Below, one piece after another: positions 37,274 to 38,086 of a DNA stretch of 38,086 bases (within the stretch, counting starts at the first letter, position 1; each line of letters opens with the position of its first letter). A program made the position numbers and the translations under genes. The notes under the pieces were generated by a model. The model was given only the letters and a program-made list of their open reading frames with translations. It searched no databases and was not told the origin of the DNA. Source of the stretch: Pseudomonadota bacterium (lineage in GTDB: Bacteria > Pseudomonadota > Alphaproteobacteria > Rhodospirillales > Magnetospirillaceae). Location of the stretch: assembly GCA_021818185.1 (NCBI GenBank), contig JAKAFA010000001.1:1-38086 (forward strand), in the 5' to 3' direction.

Positions 37274-38086
37274 GGGCGGGGCTGGCGGTTCGCGGCCTGG
37301 GCTTCCGTTACCGCAGCGGCTTCGCCCTCGACGCGGTGGACCTGCAGGTCGCGGCCGGCGAGTTCTGCGTGCTGCTGGGCCCCAACGGCGCCGGCAAGTC
37401 CACCCTGGTCTGCCTGCTGACCCGATTGTTTTCGCCCTCGGCCGGCGAGGTGTTCATCGGCGGCCATCCCCTGTCGCGCGCTCCCGGTCCCGCCCTGGCC
37501 GGGCTGGGGGTGGTGTTCCAGCAGACCACCCTGGACCTGGATCTCAGCGTCATCCAGAACCTGCGCTATGCCGCCAGCCTGCACGGCCTGGCCGGGCGGC
37601 GGGCGGCCGGGCGCATCGAGGAGGAATTGCGGCGCATCGGCCTGTGGGAGGGCCGCGACCAGCCGGCCCGGCGGCTGTCGGGCGGCAACCGCCGCAAGGT
37701 GGAGCTGGCCCGCGCCCTGCTGCACCGGCCGGCGGTGCTGATCTGCGACGAGCCGACCGTCGGCCTGGACCTGCCCAGCCGGCGGGCGCTGGTCGCCCAT
37801 GTGCGCGCCCTGTGCCGCGACGACGGGCTGGCGGTGTTGTGGACCACCCATCTGCTGGACGAGGTCGAACCCGACGACCGGGTGGCGCTGATCCGCGCCG
37901 GCCGGCTGCGGGCCGCCGGCCGGGCGGCCGAACTGATGGAGGCCACCGGCACCGGCGATATGGAGGCGGCATTCGGCGCCTTGGCAGGAGGCGAGGCGCC
38001 GTTCGGCCCAGGGACAGGAGGCGAGGCGCCGTTCGGCCCAGGGACAGGAGGCGAGGCGCCGTTCGGCCCAGGGACAGGAGGCGAGG
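37270..38086 (+). CDS. ABC transporter ATP-binding protein with a C-terminal decapeptide repeat (3' end beyond the window)
   Basis: Not in the ORF track because no stop occurs before the window end. My translation from the ATG at 37270 (ATGA overlap with the upstream stop) gives MRAGLAVRGLGFRY...GPNGAGKST (Walker A), LSGGNRRKV (signature), VLICDEPTVGLD (Walker B), then (GGEAPFGPGT)n. Confidence 0.85.
   Translation, partial: MRAGLAVRGLGFRYRSGFALDAVDLQVAAGEFCVLLGPNGAGKSTLVCLLTRLFSPSAGEVFIGGHPLSRAPGPALAGLGVVFQQTTLDLDLSVIQNLRYAASLHGLAGRRAAGRIEEELRRIGLWEGRDQPARRLSGGNRRKVELARALLHRPAVLICDEPTVGLDLPSRRALVAHVRALCRDDGLAVLWTTHLLDEVEPDDRVALIRAGRLRAAGRAAELMEATGTGDMEAAFGALAGGEAPFGPGTGGEAPFGPGTGGEAPFGPGTGGE
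37986..38086 (+). repeat. Perfect 30-bp tandem repeat, at least 3.3 copies, running off the window end
   Basis: AGGAGGCGAGGCGCCGTTCGGCCCAGGGAC occurs at 37986-38015, 38016-38045 and 38046-38075 with no mismatch. A fourth copy starts at 38076. Confidence 0.95.

Overview
High-GC (roughly two-thirds G+C by eye) alphaproteobacterial chromosome segment, Rhodospirillales-like by gene order. Most of it is ordinary. (1) nt 1-14.7 kb, all on the + strand: the 3' end of tuf, then a complete S10-spc-alpha ribosomal-protein super-operon (rpsJ through rplO, secY, adk, rpsM, rpsK, rpoA, rplQ). infA, rpmJ and rpsD are absent from it. Clear intrinsic terminators follow tuf and rplQ, and near-consensus sigma70-type promoters precede rpsJ and rpsM. 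(2) nt 14.7-28 kb: mixed housekeeping and envelope genes. These are a fused hydantoinase/5-oxoprolinase, an MscS-family channel, a small PilZ protein, guaA, a mannose-1-P guanylyltransferase/isomerase, a frameshifted P-type ATPase remnant, an L-2-hydroxyglutarate-dehydrogenase-like flavoenzyme, a secreted repeat protein with two peptidoglycan-binding-like modules, a PAP2-like membrane protein, an orphan TonB and a small periplasmic Cache protein. (3) nt 28.2-38.1 kb, the most interesting part: a FIST-domain protein translationally coupled to a soluble PAS/hybrid histidine kinase (NosP/NahK = ErcS'-like architecture), two NarL/LuxR response regulators (one with a degenerate receiver), tpm, and a PQQ-alcohol-dehydrogenase accessory set (PedF-type cytochrome c, periplasmic binding protein, YVTN beta-propeller, ABC ATPase). 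The window ends inside a perfect 30-bp tandem repeat at the 3' end of the ABC ATPase gene. I found no rRNA, tRNA, CRISPR, transposase, integrase or recognisable defence genes. I cannot point to a clearly novel multi-gene system; the signalling/PQQ cluster and several RNA-structure and repeat observations are the best leads. The many long ORFs antisense to real genes are high-GC artefacts.
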